Shown: piece by piece, positions 8,891-18,656 of the stretch
How the letters are laid out: every line of letters starts with the position of its first letter
Position numbering within the stretch: position 1 is the stretch's first letter
Origin: an uncultured virus (IMG/VR IMGVR_UViG_3300037808_001436)
Lineage: Duplodnaviria; Heunggongvirae; Uroviricota; Caudoviricetes
Strand: one strand, 5' to 3'
Virus record (IMG/VR): IMGVR_UViG_3300037808_001436
DNA length: 64,000 nucleotides
The notes under the pieces: generated by a model
What the model was told of the DNA's origin: nothing
The model's database searches: none
The model's input: the letters and a program-made list of their open reading frames with translations, nothing else
Translations under genes and position numbers: made by a program

Positions 8891-10822
8891 ATGCCACCCA
8901 GGACAACACAAGGAAAAAACACAGTTAACAAGGAATCAGCTTTATTCAAAGCTTTGACGAAACTGTTATCTGGACCGATTATAAATTATCGTTCGCAATC
9001 CGGCCGTAAGATCAGAAGACAACATTTAGATAAGTTTTCTTCTAGGTTTAAATCGGCTTCAGGGCAACAATTTAAAAAGCAGACATACAATCCGTTAGAC
9101 GCAATTGCAGCGAATGCAATTCAAAACCAGCGCCGCGGCGAACGCTATATTGACTTTGATCAAATGGAGTTCACTCCGGAGATCGCATCTTCAATAGATA
9201 TCTACGCCGATGAGATGACGACTTTTTCTGATTTGCGACCGATGCTAAACATCGCATGCGCCAACGAAGAGATCAAAGCCGTGTTAGACATCCTCTATAG
9301 GAGTGTTATGAACGTTGAGTTTAACCTCTTTGGATGGTGCCGCACGATGTGTAAGTATGGCGACTTCATATTGTACTTAGACATTGATGATCAACATGGT
9401 ATTCAGTCAACTATCGCACTACCACTTCAAGACATAGAGCGTCTTGAGGGTCAAGATTCAACAAACCCGAACTACGTCCAGTATCAGTGGAATTCAGCCG
9501 GAATGACATTCGAGAATTGGCAGATAGCACACTTCCGAATTCTTGGGAATGATAAGTACGCTCCATATGGAACCAGTGTTTTAGAACCTGCTAGACGTAT
9601 CTGGAGGCAGCTTGTTCTTATGGAAGACGCAATGATGGCTTACCGGGTCGTACGCTCTTCCGAGCGCCGTGTATTTAAGATTGATGTAGGTGCCATTCCA
9701 CCACAAGATGTTGAACAGTATATGCAGAAAGTTGTATCACAACTCAAAAGGCACTCTATTGTTAACAAGGATACTGGCCGCGTAGACTTGCGGTATAACC
9801 CGCTTTCGATCGAAGAAGATTATTATATCCCTGTCCGTGCCGGCTCCGCAACAGACATTCAAAACTTAGCCGGCGGCTCTAATACAACTGACATTGATGA
9901 TATCAAATATCTTCGTGACAAATTGTTTTCGGCGTTGAAAGTACCACAATCATATCTTACGATGGGTGAGGGAGCGACCGAAGATAAAACGACGTTAGCT
10001 CAAAAAGATATTAGATTTGCAAGAACAATACAAAGACTCCAGCGCGCCGTGATCAATGAGTTAGAAAAAGTAGGAATAATTCATCTCTATACATTAGGAT
10101 ATAGAGGAGACGACTTGATAAACTTTAAGTTATCTCTTAACAACCCTTCAAAAATCGCTGAACTACAAGAGCTAGAGCATTGGAAAACAAAATTTGATAT
10201 TGCTGCATCCGCAACCGAGGGATATTTTTCTAGACGTTGGGTTGCAGAACATGTTTTTAATATGTCGCATGAAGAATTTATTAGATGCCAGCGAGAATTA
10301 TATTATGATAGGAAGCATGATGCATCACTCCAAGCGGTCGCAGAAGCCGCGGCAGCAGGCGGCGGCGGCGGTGACCTTGGTGGTGACCTTGGCGGTGACC
10401 TTGGCGGTGACCTTGGTGGTGATTTAGACTTAGGCGCCGAAGAAATGCCGGCAGGCGACGCTGGTGGAGAAGAGCCAGCCGGAGAAGAGTCATCATTATT
10501 AGCAGTACCTCCTGGTTCCCGGAAAGAACATACATATGAGAAGAGCAAATATACTCCCAAAAATGGTCGCAACGACAAACGCCCAGCAGCCAAGCGCGCC
10601 CAAAACTATCTGAGCACAGCCGGCCCCGGAGTGGGTCGGGTCGGGGATGCCTTTCCGGGCATATTACCATTAAGATCTCTAGCTAGAGGTACAATGGAAG
10701 AACAAGAATCTATTTATTCACGAAGAGACGCTGATGAAGAACAAAACATGCTTAGCATGAATCGTTCAATAAAAGGCCTTTTAGAAGAACTTAAAACAAG
10801 AGAACCAAAAGATGAAAGCTAA
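8891..10822 (+). CDS. Portal protein (T4 gp20-like)
   Basis: LMEDAMMAYRVVRSSERRVFKIDVG, EDYYIPVR, DIKYLRDKLFSALKVP; follows terminase. Confidence 0.93.
   Translation: MPPRTTQGKNTVNKESALFKALTKLLSGPIINYRSQSGRKIRRQHLDKFSSRFKSASGQQFKKQTYNPLDAIAANAIQNQRRGERYIDFDQMEFTPEIASSIDIYADEMTTFSDLRPMLNIACANEEIKAVLDILYRSVMNVEFNLFGWCRTMCKYGDFILYLDIDDQHGIQSTIALPLQDIERLEGQDSTNPNYVQYQWNSAGMTFENWQIAHFRILGNDKYAPYGTSVLEPARRIWRQLVLMEDAMMAYRVVRSSERRVFKIDVGAIPPQDVEQYMQKVVSQLKRHSIVNKDTGRVDLRYNPLSIEEDYYIPVRAGSATDIQNLAGGSNTTDIDDIKYLRDKLFSALKVPQSYLTMGEGATEDKTTLAQKDIRFARTIQRLQRAVINELEKVGIIHLYTLGYRGDDLINFKLSLNNPSKIAELQELEHWKTKFDIAASATEGYFSRRWVAEHVFNMSHEEFIRCQRELYYDRKHDASLQAVAEAAAAGGGGGDLGGDLGGDLGGDLGGDLDLGAEEMPAGDAGGEEPAGEESSLLAVPPGSRKEHTYEKSKYTPKNGRNDKRPAAKRAQNYLSTAGPGVGRVGDAFPGILPLRSLARGTMEEQESIYSRRDADEEQNMLSMNRSIKGLLEELKTREPKDES
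10367..10426 (+). repeat. 5 x 12-bp tandem repeat encoding (GGDL)5 in portal C-terminal tail
   Basis: ggYggtgacctt units. Confidence 0.9.
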
Positions 10823-11642
10823 ACATAACAAAAAACGAAATACTGCCTTTGTTTATGAGGCGTTATTAAAGGAAGCAGTTGCTTCTATCATAAAGAAAGA
10901 TGTTAAGGAGAGCAAAAAGATTGTTAATCTTATTAGAAAGCACTTCGGTCCCGGCTCGTTACTCCGACGAGATTTAGAATGTTATCGCTCGCTTTATGAA
11001 AATCAAAGTTTAGACAAAGCGCTTGGAGAAAAGATTCTTAAAGAGGCCACTATCGCAAAAAAGATGATTAGTCAAGGCGACCTATTCACGCAGCAGTCAG
11101 AATTTATCAAAGATATAAATAAAAATGTATCACCGTCTGTCTTTAACAACTTTGTTCCAAATTATAGAACTTTAGCAACGATAAACAAGATGTTTAATAC
11201 CCCGTCACCGAAAGAAAAGGTTATTTTAGAAAATAAGATAATAGAAAACATGTCAGGTACAGCCGAAGAAAGCATGGTCCAAGATATCGATAACTTCTCT
11301 TATAAAGTATTCGTCAACAAGTTTAATGAAAAATATTCTGATGGACTGCTGAAAGAGCAAAAAGAGCTTTTAGGATATTATATTACCTCATTCGCCGATA
11401 ACTCTATTGAGCTAAAGATGTTCATTAATGAAGAACTGAGCAGATTAAAGAACGCTTTAAATGAAGCGACAGCAAAAGAAGAGATACAGACAGATATAGA
11501 AATGAAACAAAAGACCTTGCAAGTCATCGAACGCCTAAATGAATTTGGGACAACCGAAGTAAAGAGAGAGAAAGTACTGATAACAGTGCTAAAGACACAG
11601 CAACTCGTAAGGGAGATCTATAAAGATGGCAGTAATAGTTAA
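10812..11642 (+). CDS. Hypothetical helical protein in head module
   Basis: 276-aa ORF overlapping portal end. Confidence 0.7.
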   Translation: MKAKHNKKRNTAFVYEALLKEAVASIIKKDVKESKKIVNLIRKHFGPGSLLRRDLECYRSLYENQSLDKALGEKILKEATIAKKMISQGDLFTQQSEFIKDINKNVSPSVFNNFVPNYRTLATINKMFNTPSPKEKVILENKIIENMSGTAEESMVQDIDNFSYKVFVNKFNEKYSDGLLKEQKELLGYYITSFADNSIELKMFINEELSRLKNALNEATAKEEIQTDIEMKQKTLQVIERLNEFGTTEVKREKVLITVLKTQQLVREIYKDGSNS

Positions 11643-12204
11643 ATTAGTTCCAAGTATTGAACCAATTAAAATAAAAGTCGGATCCGCCGCAACAAAACTA
11701 ACCCCTTCAATTCGTTTAGAACTTAACATACGAAAAAGTCTCAGCGGAGATTTAATGATTTTTGATCATGCTGATATTGATATCACCTTGTCTACTAAAA
11801 ATAATAAAATTACTGCATTTCCAAAAGAAACCATGAGTGACTTGGTATACGGCGCTCAGAATCGCCTATTCGCTCATCTTCGTAAGAAGGGGATCATAGT
11901 AGCGGAGTCGGTGCAGGGCGGAGCATACTATGGTGTTATTGAAGCTTTGATGGAATCTCCATATGATGACAAGATTAGCGCTGCAAAATTTGCATTAATC
12001 AATATTAGCAAGTTTATTGATGAAGAGCGACCATACTTTGAAAATCTTGAAGCACAAGTTGCAGGGTTTGAGGACACGGTAGCCGACCCCGACAAGGCAG
12101 ATTCTACAGAGCTTGGTGAGGTCCCACAAAAAGATGAGCAAGGTTCCATTCGACCTGGATTCATGAGAAATCCAGAGTCATTCTCATATATGTATACAAT
12201 TTAA
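11626..12204 (+). CDS. Hypothetical protein in head module
   Basis: GGGAG RBS; 192-aa ORF. Confidence 0.7.
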   Translation: MAVIVKLVPSIEPIKIKVGSAATKLTPSIRLELNIRKSLSGDLMIFDHADIDITLSTKNNKITAFPKETMSDLVYGAQNRLFAHLRKKGIIVAESVQGGAYYGVIEALMESPYDDKISAAKFALINISKFIDEERPYFENLEAQVAGFEDTVADPDKADSTELGEVPQKDEQGSIRPGFMRNPESFSYMYTI

Positions 12205-12215
12205 GGGACTATCCA

Positions 12216-12863
12216 ATGTCTGATATGAAAATGATAATGGAGAGCTGGGACAAATACCTGTCAGAAGCTTCTATTGAAACAAATCAAACCCCAGCGCCTC
12301 AATCAGAAGCTCAATCGTTCGGCCAGATGGCCGCGGCAGCCTACGGCAAAGTTAGTTCTGCTATAGCAACTAAATTTGGGGAAATGGATGCTTATATGCA
12401 AAAAGATTATTGTGAAAAAAAGTTTCCATTACACTTAAAAGGGCAAGGAGACATACAAACGTGGGGCGATTTGGTTGCGTTGATGAGATGCGGAATAGAA
12501 TACTCAGACAGAAAAAAAGTCTTAGGCACCATTGCTGGATGGCTCCCGGGTATCGGCACCGCTCTAACTGCGATACAGAATTCAAGTGATATGAGTCAAT
12601 TTATTATGCAAGCGTACCAAGTCAGCGACGACGAAAGGCCCGAAGGAAATTTAGGTAAGCTAGACATGGATGATGAGGTAGCGGCAATTATTGATAATAA
12701 AGTTGAGAAAGCATTTCTTAAATTTTTGGTAAAAGAACTCACCGACACAAAAAACTTAGAACAGGATATTGATCCAAATTGGGATGTGACCACAGCCCTA
12801 CAAGCGCATTTAGCAACAAAGTATAATGACAGAACAGTAACTACTCCCGAGCAGGGAGAATAA
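12216..12863 (+). CDS. Hypothetical protein with MKMIMESWDKYLSE leader (putative internal head protein)
   Basis: Leader shared with 13815 ORF (LLMESWRSYLNE). Confidence 0.65.
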   Translation: MSDMKMIMESWDKYLSEASIETNQTPAPQSEAQSFGQMAAAAYGKVSSAIATKFGEMDAYMQKDYCEKKFPLHLKGQGDIQTWGDLVALMRCGIEYSDRKKVLGTIAGWLPGIGTALTAIQNSSDMSQFIMQAYQVSDDERPEGNLGKLDMDDEVAAIIDNKVEKAFLKFLVKELTDTKNLEQDIDPNWDVTTALQAHLATKYNDRTVTTPEQGE

Positions 12864-13210
12864 TGGAATTAATAACATTTATACTTATTGCCTATGGGCT
12901 CACACAAATTCTTGTTTACGGCAAGGTTTTGAACAGAATAAGACCGACGAAAGGGCAGCTTGGAGAGTTATTCAAATGTCCAATGTGCATGGGATTTCAT
13001 GTGGGTTGGTTTTTAATGCTACTTTCTCCGTATACAGAACTATTTAGTCTTGACGTAACAGTTATAAACGCTCTTCTTTTAGGGTGGCTGTCATCAGGAA
13101 CATCATATATTCTCAACATGGTATTTGGGGATGAAGGAATAAAACATGAACACAAACATTTGGACAACAAAGTGGATGCTACAACCAGTAAGACATTGTT
13201 GCAAGGGTAG
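12863..13210 (+). CDS. Small membrane protein with CPMC motif (DUF1360-like)
   Basis: Three hydrophobic segments; LFKCPMCMGFHVG. Confidence 0.55.
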   Translation: MELITFILIAYGLTQILVYGKVLNRIRPTKGQLGELFKCPMCMGFHVGWFLMLLSPYTELFSLDVTVINALLLGWLSSGTSYILNMVFGDEGIKHEHKHLDNKVDATTSKTLLQG

Positions 13211-13216
13211 TTAGCT

Positions 13217-13822
13217 ATGGGTAAGAAACTTTTAAGAGAATTCTACGAGTTATGTGAAGGCGGTATTTGCCAAGACCTGCTGACCGAAGATGAAAAGCGC
13301 TTTGTCTCCGACGGAGGCATGGTCCTTTCGGGAAAACTGCAACAAGCAGACACTGAAAATGGAAACGGAAGAATCTATCCATACAACGTATTAGCAAGAG
13401 AAGTGAAAAACTATGAAAAGCTTGTGAGAGAATCACGGGCCCTAGGCGAGTTAGACCACCCAGACGATTCTGTTATTAACTTAAAGAACGCTTCTCACTT
13501 AGTTACTTCTATTTGGATGGAAGGGGAATCAGTGATGGGCAAAGTTAAAGTTTTAGAAACCCCGTCAGGCAAAGTACTTAAGTCTCTTGTCGAAGCCGGC
13601 GTGACCCTTGGCATTTCCTCCCGGGGAATGGGCTCGGTCGAGAACAAGAATGGAAAAACATATGTGCAAGAAGATTTTCAACTCATATGTTTTGATTTTG
13701 TTTCAGAGCCGTCGACGCCTGAAGCCTTTATGGTGAAAGAAGCGAAAGATTATAACAACCAAGTGTTTACTAGAGCCGATCGTATTAACAGACTGTTAAA
13801 CGAGGTATTAGAAAATGAATAA
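13217..13822 (+). CDS. Prohead core protease (T4 gp21-like)
   Basis: NGNGRIYP, ALGELDHP, GISSRGMGS, DFVSEPSTPEA. Confidence 0.93.
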   Translation: MGKKLLREFYELCEGGICQDLLTEDEKRFVSDGGMVLSGKLQQADTENGNGRIYPYNVLAREVKNYEKLVRESRALGELDHPDDSVINLKNASHLVTSIWMEGESVMGKVKVLETPSGKVLKSLVEAGVTLGISSRGMGSVENKNGKTYVQEDFQLICFDFVSEPSTPEAFMVKEAKDYNNQVFTRADRINRLLNEVLENE

Positions 13823-15920
13823 TTGGTCAAGCTTTAAGAACGATAAACTTTTAATGGAGTCCTGGAGAAGTTATCTTAACGAAGATATAGAAAGCCAACG
13901 CCTCTCGGAAGATTTAAATAGAGAGCTGGAAAAGCTAGATGAGCTTTTTGGTTTCGGTAAATCTAGAGAGGATAAGTGGAAAGCCATCGCCGACGGCGAT
14001 GACGAGGAAGACGCCCAGGCCACGGATACCGCACAACCGGAACCTGGCCAAGAGAAAGAAAAGGAACGAGGCTTCTTTGGGAAGATGGCCGATTATGCCA
14101 AAGGTATAAAAGATATTTCAGGCTTCTTTGGGAAAGGCGCGGGCACTTTACTTGGTGGTGAAGAAACACTTGACATCAAAAAGAGAAAACAGTTTAAAGA
14201 CACAGCAAAAGCAGAAATTGAAAAGTGGGTTAGTGGGCTAAACTACCCCCCAGTCGCAACAATATATAAAAAATTATCATCCGAACAATTTCCTAATAAT
14301 GATAAGGGCGAATTTAACGGTCAAATTAAAATGGCCGAACAAGCATACGAAACAATTGTGTCAGAACACAACGCTGGTAAAATTGACACCCCCCGGGCAA
14401 ACATAATTATTGCTGTTATGCGTGGCATGGTCATTTACTTCCAAGACTTTGCGATCGCAGATCGATATATGTATATTAAAGAAGAAGAAGAAGACACCTC
14501 TGACGAGCCAACAGAAAGCGGCACCATAGGCGCCAAACAGGGTGCAGTCTCGAAGAACGTAGCCTCTGCCTATAGTGCGAAACTTCCGCTTGGGCTAGCC
14601 GCGGCAGGTTCCGCTGCTCTATTGGGCGGATTTGCGGCAGACAGTGAGTGGTTCCAAGAGTGGCTACTGACTCTTAGAGATATGAAGGAAACCATCGAGG
14701 TAGAAGAGATTTTGGAAAAAGCCACCGAGACACTCGATCTAGGTGAAGTTAAGCCCGGCGAGGGAATTATTAAGGTCATCAGAAGGCTGGTACCGGGCCA
14801 AGAAAACTTTGCTACGGCAGAGGGTGCTGGCTTAGGATTTTTGAAAGATCCAAAGAACAAGATTGTATTTAAGCTTATTAAAGCAGCAATGAAAGCGCAA
14901 GGATCAGATGTAACAGCATTTGAGGGCCTCGTCGATAACGACGCCGACGCCTTTACAACTTTTGTTAGTGGCACCGACTTGGCCGGCCACGGTGGAACTA
15001 GCATGGCCATAGATGCGGGCGAATTTCAAGGACAGTTCCAAAAAATAATTGGGCAAAGCATCGAGCGCGTTAAAAAGCAACCAGCAAAAACAATCAAGAA
15101 CTGGTTCATAAAGTCCGCCGGCGCCTACTTAGGCCCGCTTTTGAAGGCTTTGGGTATAGGCGCCCTAGCAGGCGCCGGCGTCTCGGCCGCAATGCGCGCA
15201 AAGGGCAAGCGCTCATCTCGCATGGCTCAGCTTAAAGATCTTGTCGATTCAATGCTCGATGTGACCGCAAAGGACACCGAGACGAAGCCCATTCCTCCAA
15301 AGCCCGGCGGAGGTGACCTAGAAGACAGCGCTGACAATTGGGTAGCTGCTGGAAAGCCAGGCCATGAAGACCCATCTTTCATGGGTGGGAAGAGTGTTAG
15401 CAGCACCAACCTCGTTACACGCGGCAGCGATAACTTCTTAAAAGACAATCCGGGAGATCCAAATGATGTCTTAAAGCCCGACGCCCTGGAACTTGCCTAT
15501 CAGCAGTTAGCATGGCTTAAGGCGAACCCGGGCAAATCCAAAGGCCAAAAAAACACGCGTGCAGGCCTGTTCACCCGAGATCTTAAGCTTAGAATTCAAG
15601 CCACTGAAAAGGATAAGGCCGGCAACACCTCCGGAGCGGAAACACCAAAGGGTGATGCTCAGCAATCACAAGCGAAACCAGAGCAAGTCCCAGCGAGCGC
15701 ACCGCCCACCCCCGGGTCCCCTCCCGCGCAGCCCTCCTCCGACGCCCCAGCGGCGCCGGCAGCGGCATGGGATCCTAAACTTGGGGCCCAACCGGCCAAA
15801 AATGCAGGCGAGAGCGACGAAGATTATGCCGCTCGTTTGAAGAGGGCCGCATGGGCAGCAAAATCAAGGCTGTCAGAGATAAAAAGATGGCAAAAATTAG
15901 CAGGAATTCTTAAAGGATAA
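13815..15920 (+). CDS. Large hypothetical protein, putative packaged/ejected protein
   Basis: N-terminal LLMESWRSYLNE, two hydrophobic Gly/Ala segments, C-terminal IKRWQKLAGIL similar to scaffold C-terminus. Confidence 0.65.
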   Translation: MNNWSSFKNDKLLMESWRSYLNEDIESQRLSEDLNRELEKLDELFGFGKSREDKWKAIADGDDEEDAQATDTAQPEPGQEKEKERGFFGKMADYAKGIKDISGFFGKGAGTLLGGEETLDIKKRKQFKDTAKAEIEKWVSGLNYPPVATIYKKLSSEQFPNNDKGEFNGQIKMAEQAYETIVSEHNAGKIDTPRANIIIAVMRGMVIYFQDFAIADRYMYIKEEEEDTSDEPTESGTIGAKQGAVSKNVASAYSAKLPLGLAAAGSAALLGGFAADSEWFQEWLLTLRDMKETIEVEEILEKATETLDLGEVKPGEGIIKVIRRLVPGQENFATAEGAGLGFLKDPKNKIVFKLIKAAMKAQGSDVTAFEGLVDNDADAFTTFVSGTDLAGHGGTSMAIDAGEFQGQFQKIIGQSIERVKKQPAKTIKNWFIKSAGAYLGPLLKALGIGALAGAGVSAAMRAKGKRSSRMAQLKDLVDSMLDVTAKDTETKPIPPKPGGGDLEDSADNWVAAGKPGHEDPSFMGGKSVSSTNLVTRGSDNFLKDNPGDPNDVLKPDALELAYQQLAWLKANPGKSKGQKNTRAGLFTRDLKLRIQATEKDKAGNTSGAETPKGDAQQSQAKPEQVPASAPPTPGSPPAQPSSDAPAAPAAAWDPKLGAQPAKNAGESDEDYAARLKRAAWAAKSRLSEIKRWQKLAGILKG

Positions 15921-15923
15921 GAG

Positions 15924-16337
15924 ATGAACAAAACTGACTTAAAAAAACTAATCAAACCTTTGGTAAAAGAATGTATTCACGAGGCCCTCATAGAAGAGGG
16001 CATCCTGTCCGGCATTGTTTCAGAAGTCGCTAAAGGAATGCAGGGCAATCTTATTGTCGAAGCAAAAAAACAGGGCAAGCCCCTATTTAATGAAGCCACA
16101 CAGATGAAGCAAAGCAAAGAAGAGATCCATTTGAAGTTGCAAGAACACCGAAAGAAACTATTAGAGGCGGTCAGTGTAGACGCTTATAATGGCGTTGACC
16201 TTTTTGAGGGGACAGAGCCGATAAGAGAAAGCCAAACGCGACAGGGTTCAGCAGACTTGGGTAATCCGGCCGATGAAGGCGTAGATATAAGTTCTTTGAT
16301 TGGTGGGGCATCAGAAATCTGGCGAGCAATGAAATAG
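15924..16337 (+). CDS. Hypothetical protein with MNKTDLKKLIKPLVKE...LIEE leader
   Basis: AAGGA RBS; related leader motif. Confidence 0.65.
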   Translation: MNKTDLKKLIKPLVKECIHEALIEEGILSGIVSEVAKGMQGNLIVEAKKQGKPLFNEATQMKQSKEEIHLKLQEHRKKLLEAVSVDAYNGVDLFEGTEPIRESQTRQGSADLGNPADEGVDISSLIGGASEIWRAMK

Positions 16338-16344
16338 GAATAAT

Positions 16345-16590
16345 ATGAAAAAAACAGCAAATGTAATAGTGCGCTCCAAGGAGTGTCGTGGTAATCATGA
16401 GAAGATGATCCGCAAATTTATCAAGAAAGTTAAGAAAGAAAAGATTATTGAGGAAGCAAGAGACCGACGATATTATAAAAAGCCCTCTGTAGAAAAGAGA
16501 GAAAAGAGAGAAAGAGCAATAAGATTCCGGCACCGCGAAGAACAAAAAAGATTAAGAGCATTAGAAAGACGTAATAGAACAAATAAGTGA
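16345..16590 (+). CDS. rpsU: Phage-encoded ribosomal protein bS21
   Basis: 81 aa, basic; EKMIRKFIKKVKKEKIIEEARDRRYYKKPS matches S21 pattern (xxLRRFKK...E.R.R.YYEKPS). Confidence 0.8.
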   Translation: MKKTANVIVRSKECRGNHEKMIRKFIKKVKKEKIIEEARDRRYYKKPSVEKREKRERAIRFRHREEQKRLRALERRNRTNK

Positions 16591-16597
16591 CTATTTA
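16590..16597 (+). promoter_or_regulatory. Putative late promoter ACTATTTA
   Basis: Recurrent motif upstream of structural genes. Confidence 0.6.
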
Positions 16598-16627
16598 TAA
16601 TGAATATAACTAAAACAGGAGTTTATA

Positions 16628-17047
16628 ATGAGTAATTGGTCAGATCCATCGTGGAAGATGAATGTTGGAATCAACCACACGCCGGCATATCAGGTTAGTG
16701 GCCGGCCATACGCATCAGGCGGCATCAGCGCGAATTCAGAACAACAGGTTGTGAACTTCCCAAATGTTACTAGGTGGGTAGAAGTGGTAAATAACGGAAG
16801 TAGTGTTCTTAAAGTAGGTTTCGGCCCAAATGCATTCGACCCGGCCAACAATCATTATTTTATTGTTCCTGGCAATTCGACAAGCGGCCGCCTAGAGTTG
16901 AAAGTAAACCGCCTTTATTTTATTAGTGGCAGTGCCGGTGGTACATCAGTTGTGGCCGGCCTGACGAGTATGCTCCCCGATAGGGTCAACTCTGGTTCTC
17001 TTAGCGCCGGCATCAACTGGTCTGGTTCGTATACCGGAGCTAGCTAA
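16628..17047 (+). CDS. Putative virion structural protein
   Basis: AGGAG RBS; beta-rich Gly/Ser composition; first gene of fibre-like cluster. Confidence 0.55.
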   Translation: MSNWSDPSWKMNVGINHTPAYQVSGRPYASGGISANSEQQVVNFPNVTRWVEVVNNGSSVLKVGFGPNAFDPANNHYFIVPGNSTSGRLELKVNRLYFISGSAGGTSVVAGLTSMLPDRVNSGSLSAGINWSGSYTGAS

Positions 17048-17050
17048 TAG

Positions 17051-17749
17051 ATGGCACGGTTTGGATGGGCATATGTAGACTGCGCAGATACCGGCACCGG
17101 CGGCCAAGCCGATGGTGTGACTGGGTCCGTACAGTTTCTAACAGGGGCAAACGCTACTAGCGGCTCAAACTATTTGATGTATAAATATACCGCTGGCGTC
17201 CCGGGTACAGGAGACGTGCCGGTCAGCAGCCTTATTCTAACTGGAACGCTGTACGTATCGGGTGCAATATCGGCTAGCCACTTCCATTACGAAGATATTA
17301 CTAGGATTGATGCTAGCGGCTCGACTAACTTTGGAAACACCAACGACGATACACACGCTAGAACTGGTAGCTTGATGGTTACCAACCAATCTGGGCTGTC
17401 AATTTTATCGAGTAGTGCTTACACCCACCAGACATTCGTTCGCGGCTTCGGCGCTAACTATACAGAGATTATCAATCCCGCGTATGAAGTATTAACGAGT
17501 GACCATATACTTGGAGTCTCTAGAGCAGGTGTAAGCATTGTGATCACAGTCCCAAGCGCTTCAATATTTGGTGCTGGTTCTGTGATTGTTGTAAAAGATG
17601 AAGTATCTTCTAGAGGAGCCTACAACATCACATTAACGTGTTCTGCCGGCGGCTCATACACTTTCGACGGCTCAACCACATACATCATCACTGGTTCAAT
17701 GCCAGCTATTAGTTTGTATTCTAATGGCAGTAACTGGTTTGTCTTCTAA
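17051..17749 (+). CDS. Fibre/decoration-like structural protein (paralogue 1)
   Basis: Ser/Thr/Gly-rich; C-terminal domain (VVKDE...ITL...TFDG...W) shared with next three ORFs. Confidence 0.6.
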   Translation: MARFGWAYVDCADTGTGGQADGVTGSVQFLTGANATSGSNYLMYKYTAGVPGTGDVPVSSLILTGTLYVSGAISASHFHYEDITRIDASGSTNFGNTNDDTHARTGSLMVTNQSGLSILSSSAYTHQTFVRGFGANYTEIINPAYEVLTSDHILGVSRAGVSIVITVPSASIFGAGSVIVVKDEVSSRGAYNITLTCSAGGSYTFDGSTTYIITGSMPAISLYSNGSNWFVF

Positions 17750-17771
17750 TTACTCTGGGAGACCATAGTGA

Positions 17772-18509
17772 ATGGCTTATAACGCAGTATCAGGAACTTT
17801 AATAGCAGCCCAGGACTATATTCCTGGTAATTTAGTTGTTAGTAACACAGTATCTGGTAACCTCAGCACTTCTGATGGCGCCAGCATAATTAATATTCCA
17901 CGCGTGGCTAACGCAACTGACAATTCTTTGGTTAGCAATGTCGGTGGAGATGCTAATGCACTAACTTGCGAGAGCAACTTAACATTTAATGGTACATCCA
18001 ATGTCCTAAATGTTGTTGGCTCTGTAACAGCCAGCGTTGGCCTGTCAGCGTCTTTTCTTTATGGAGACGCATCTGGCTTAACAAATATCCCGGGCACCGG
18101 CGTAACGGCCGCCGGCCCAGTTTATTCACTACAATTACATGATGTTAGCGAAGCCCTAACTGGATCTGCAACACTGCTATTCCAGAACGACGTGCTAAAG
18201 ATGACTTGCGGGTTAAAGTTAAACCGCACAAGCATCACTTCAGTATACACTGCATCACTCACAGATTACTATATTGGAGTCGACTCCACCGGCGGCACGA
18301 TATCTCTTCGTTTACCGGACGCATCCACCATGTTTAGTGGGCAAACATATGTAGTGAAGGACGAAGGTGGTGCCGCAAACACAAACGTCATCACTATTTT
18401 AGCCTCTGGATCACAAACAATCGATGGCCAAAATCAAGTACTTTTGCAATCACCGTATGCAGCTCTCTCGCTTTATTGTAACGGCGTAAGCAAATATTTT
18501 ATTTGTTAG
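17772..18509 (+). CDS. Fibre/decoration-like structural protein (paralogue 2)
   Basis: MAYN start; LPDAS...YVVKDEGG...QTIDG C-terminal domain. Confidence 0.6.
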   Translation: MAYNAVSGTLIAAQDYIPGNLVVSNTVSGNLSTSDGASIINIPRVANATDNSLVSNVGGDANALTCESNLTFNGTSNVLNVVGSVTASVGLSASFLYGDASGLTNIPGTGVTAAGPVYSLQLHDVSEALTGSATLLFQNDVLKMTCGLKLNRTSITSVYTASLTDYYIGVDSTGGTISLRLPDASTMFSGQTYVVKDEGGAANTNVITILASGSQTIDGQNQVLLQSPYAALSLYCNGVSKYFIC

Positions 18510-18529
18510 AGATCAAGACCCGCAAATAC

Positions 18530-18537
18530 ACTATTTA
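18530..18537 (+). promoter_or_regulatory. Putative late promoter ACTATTTA
   Basis: Intergenic, upstream of 18657 ORF. Confidence 0.6.
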
Positions 18538-18656
18538 TAAGCGTTGGGTGGGCTCGGCGTTTCTCTTACTTATAGTAAGGTGGTGAATAGCTATGCTTTA
18601 TCTCATTCTAACAAAACCAAATAATTAAAACTTATAATATGGAGGGTTTTTAAAAT

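Noticed and set aside
10367..10426. GGDL repeat as a contingency or regulatory locus
   Set aside because: In-frame 12-bp unit in a low-complexity portal tail; copy changes would not alter frame.
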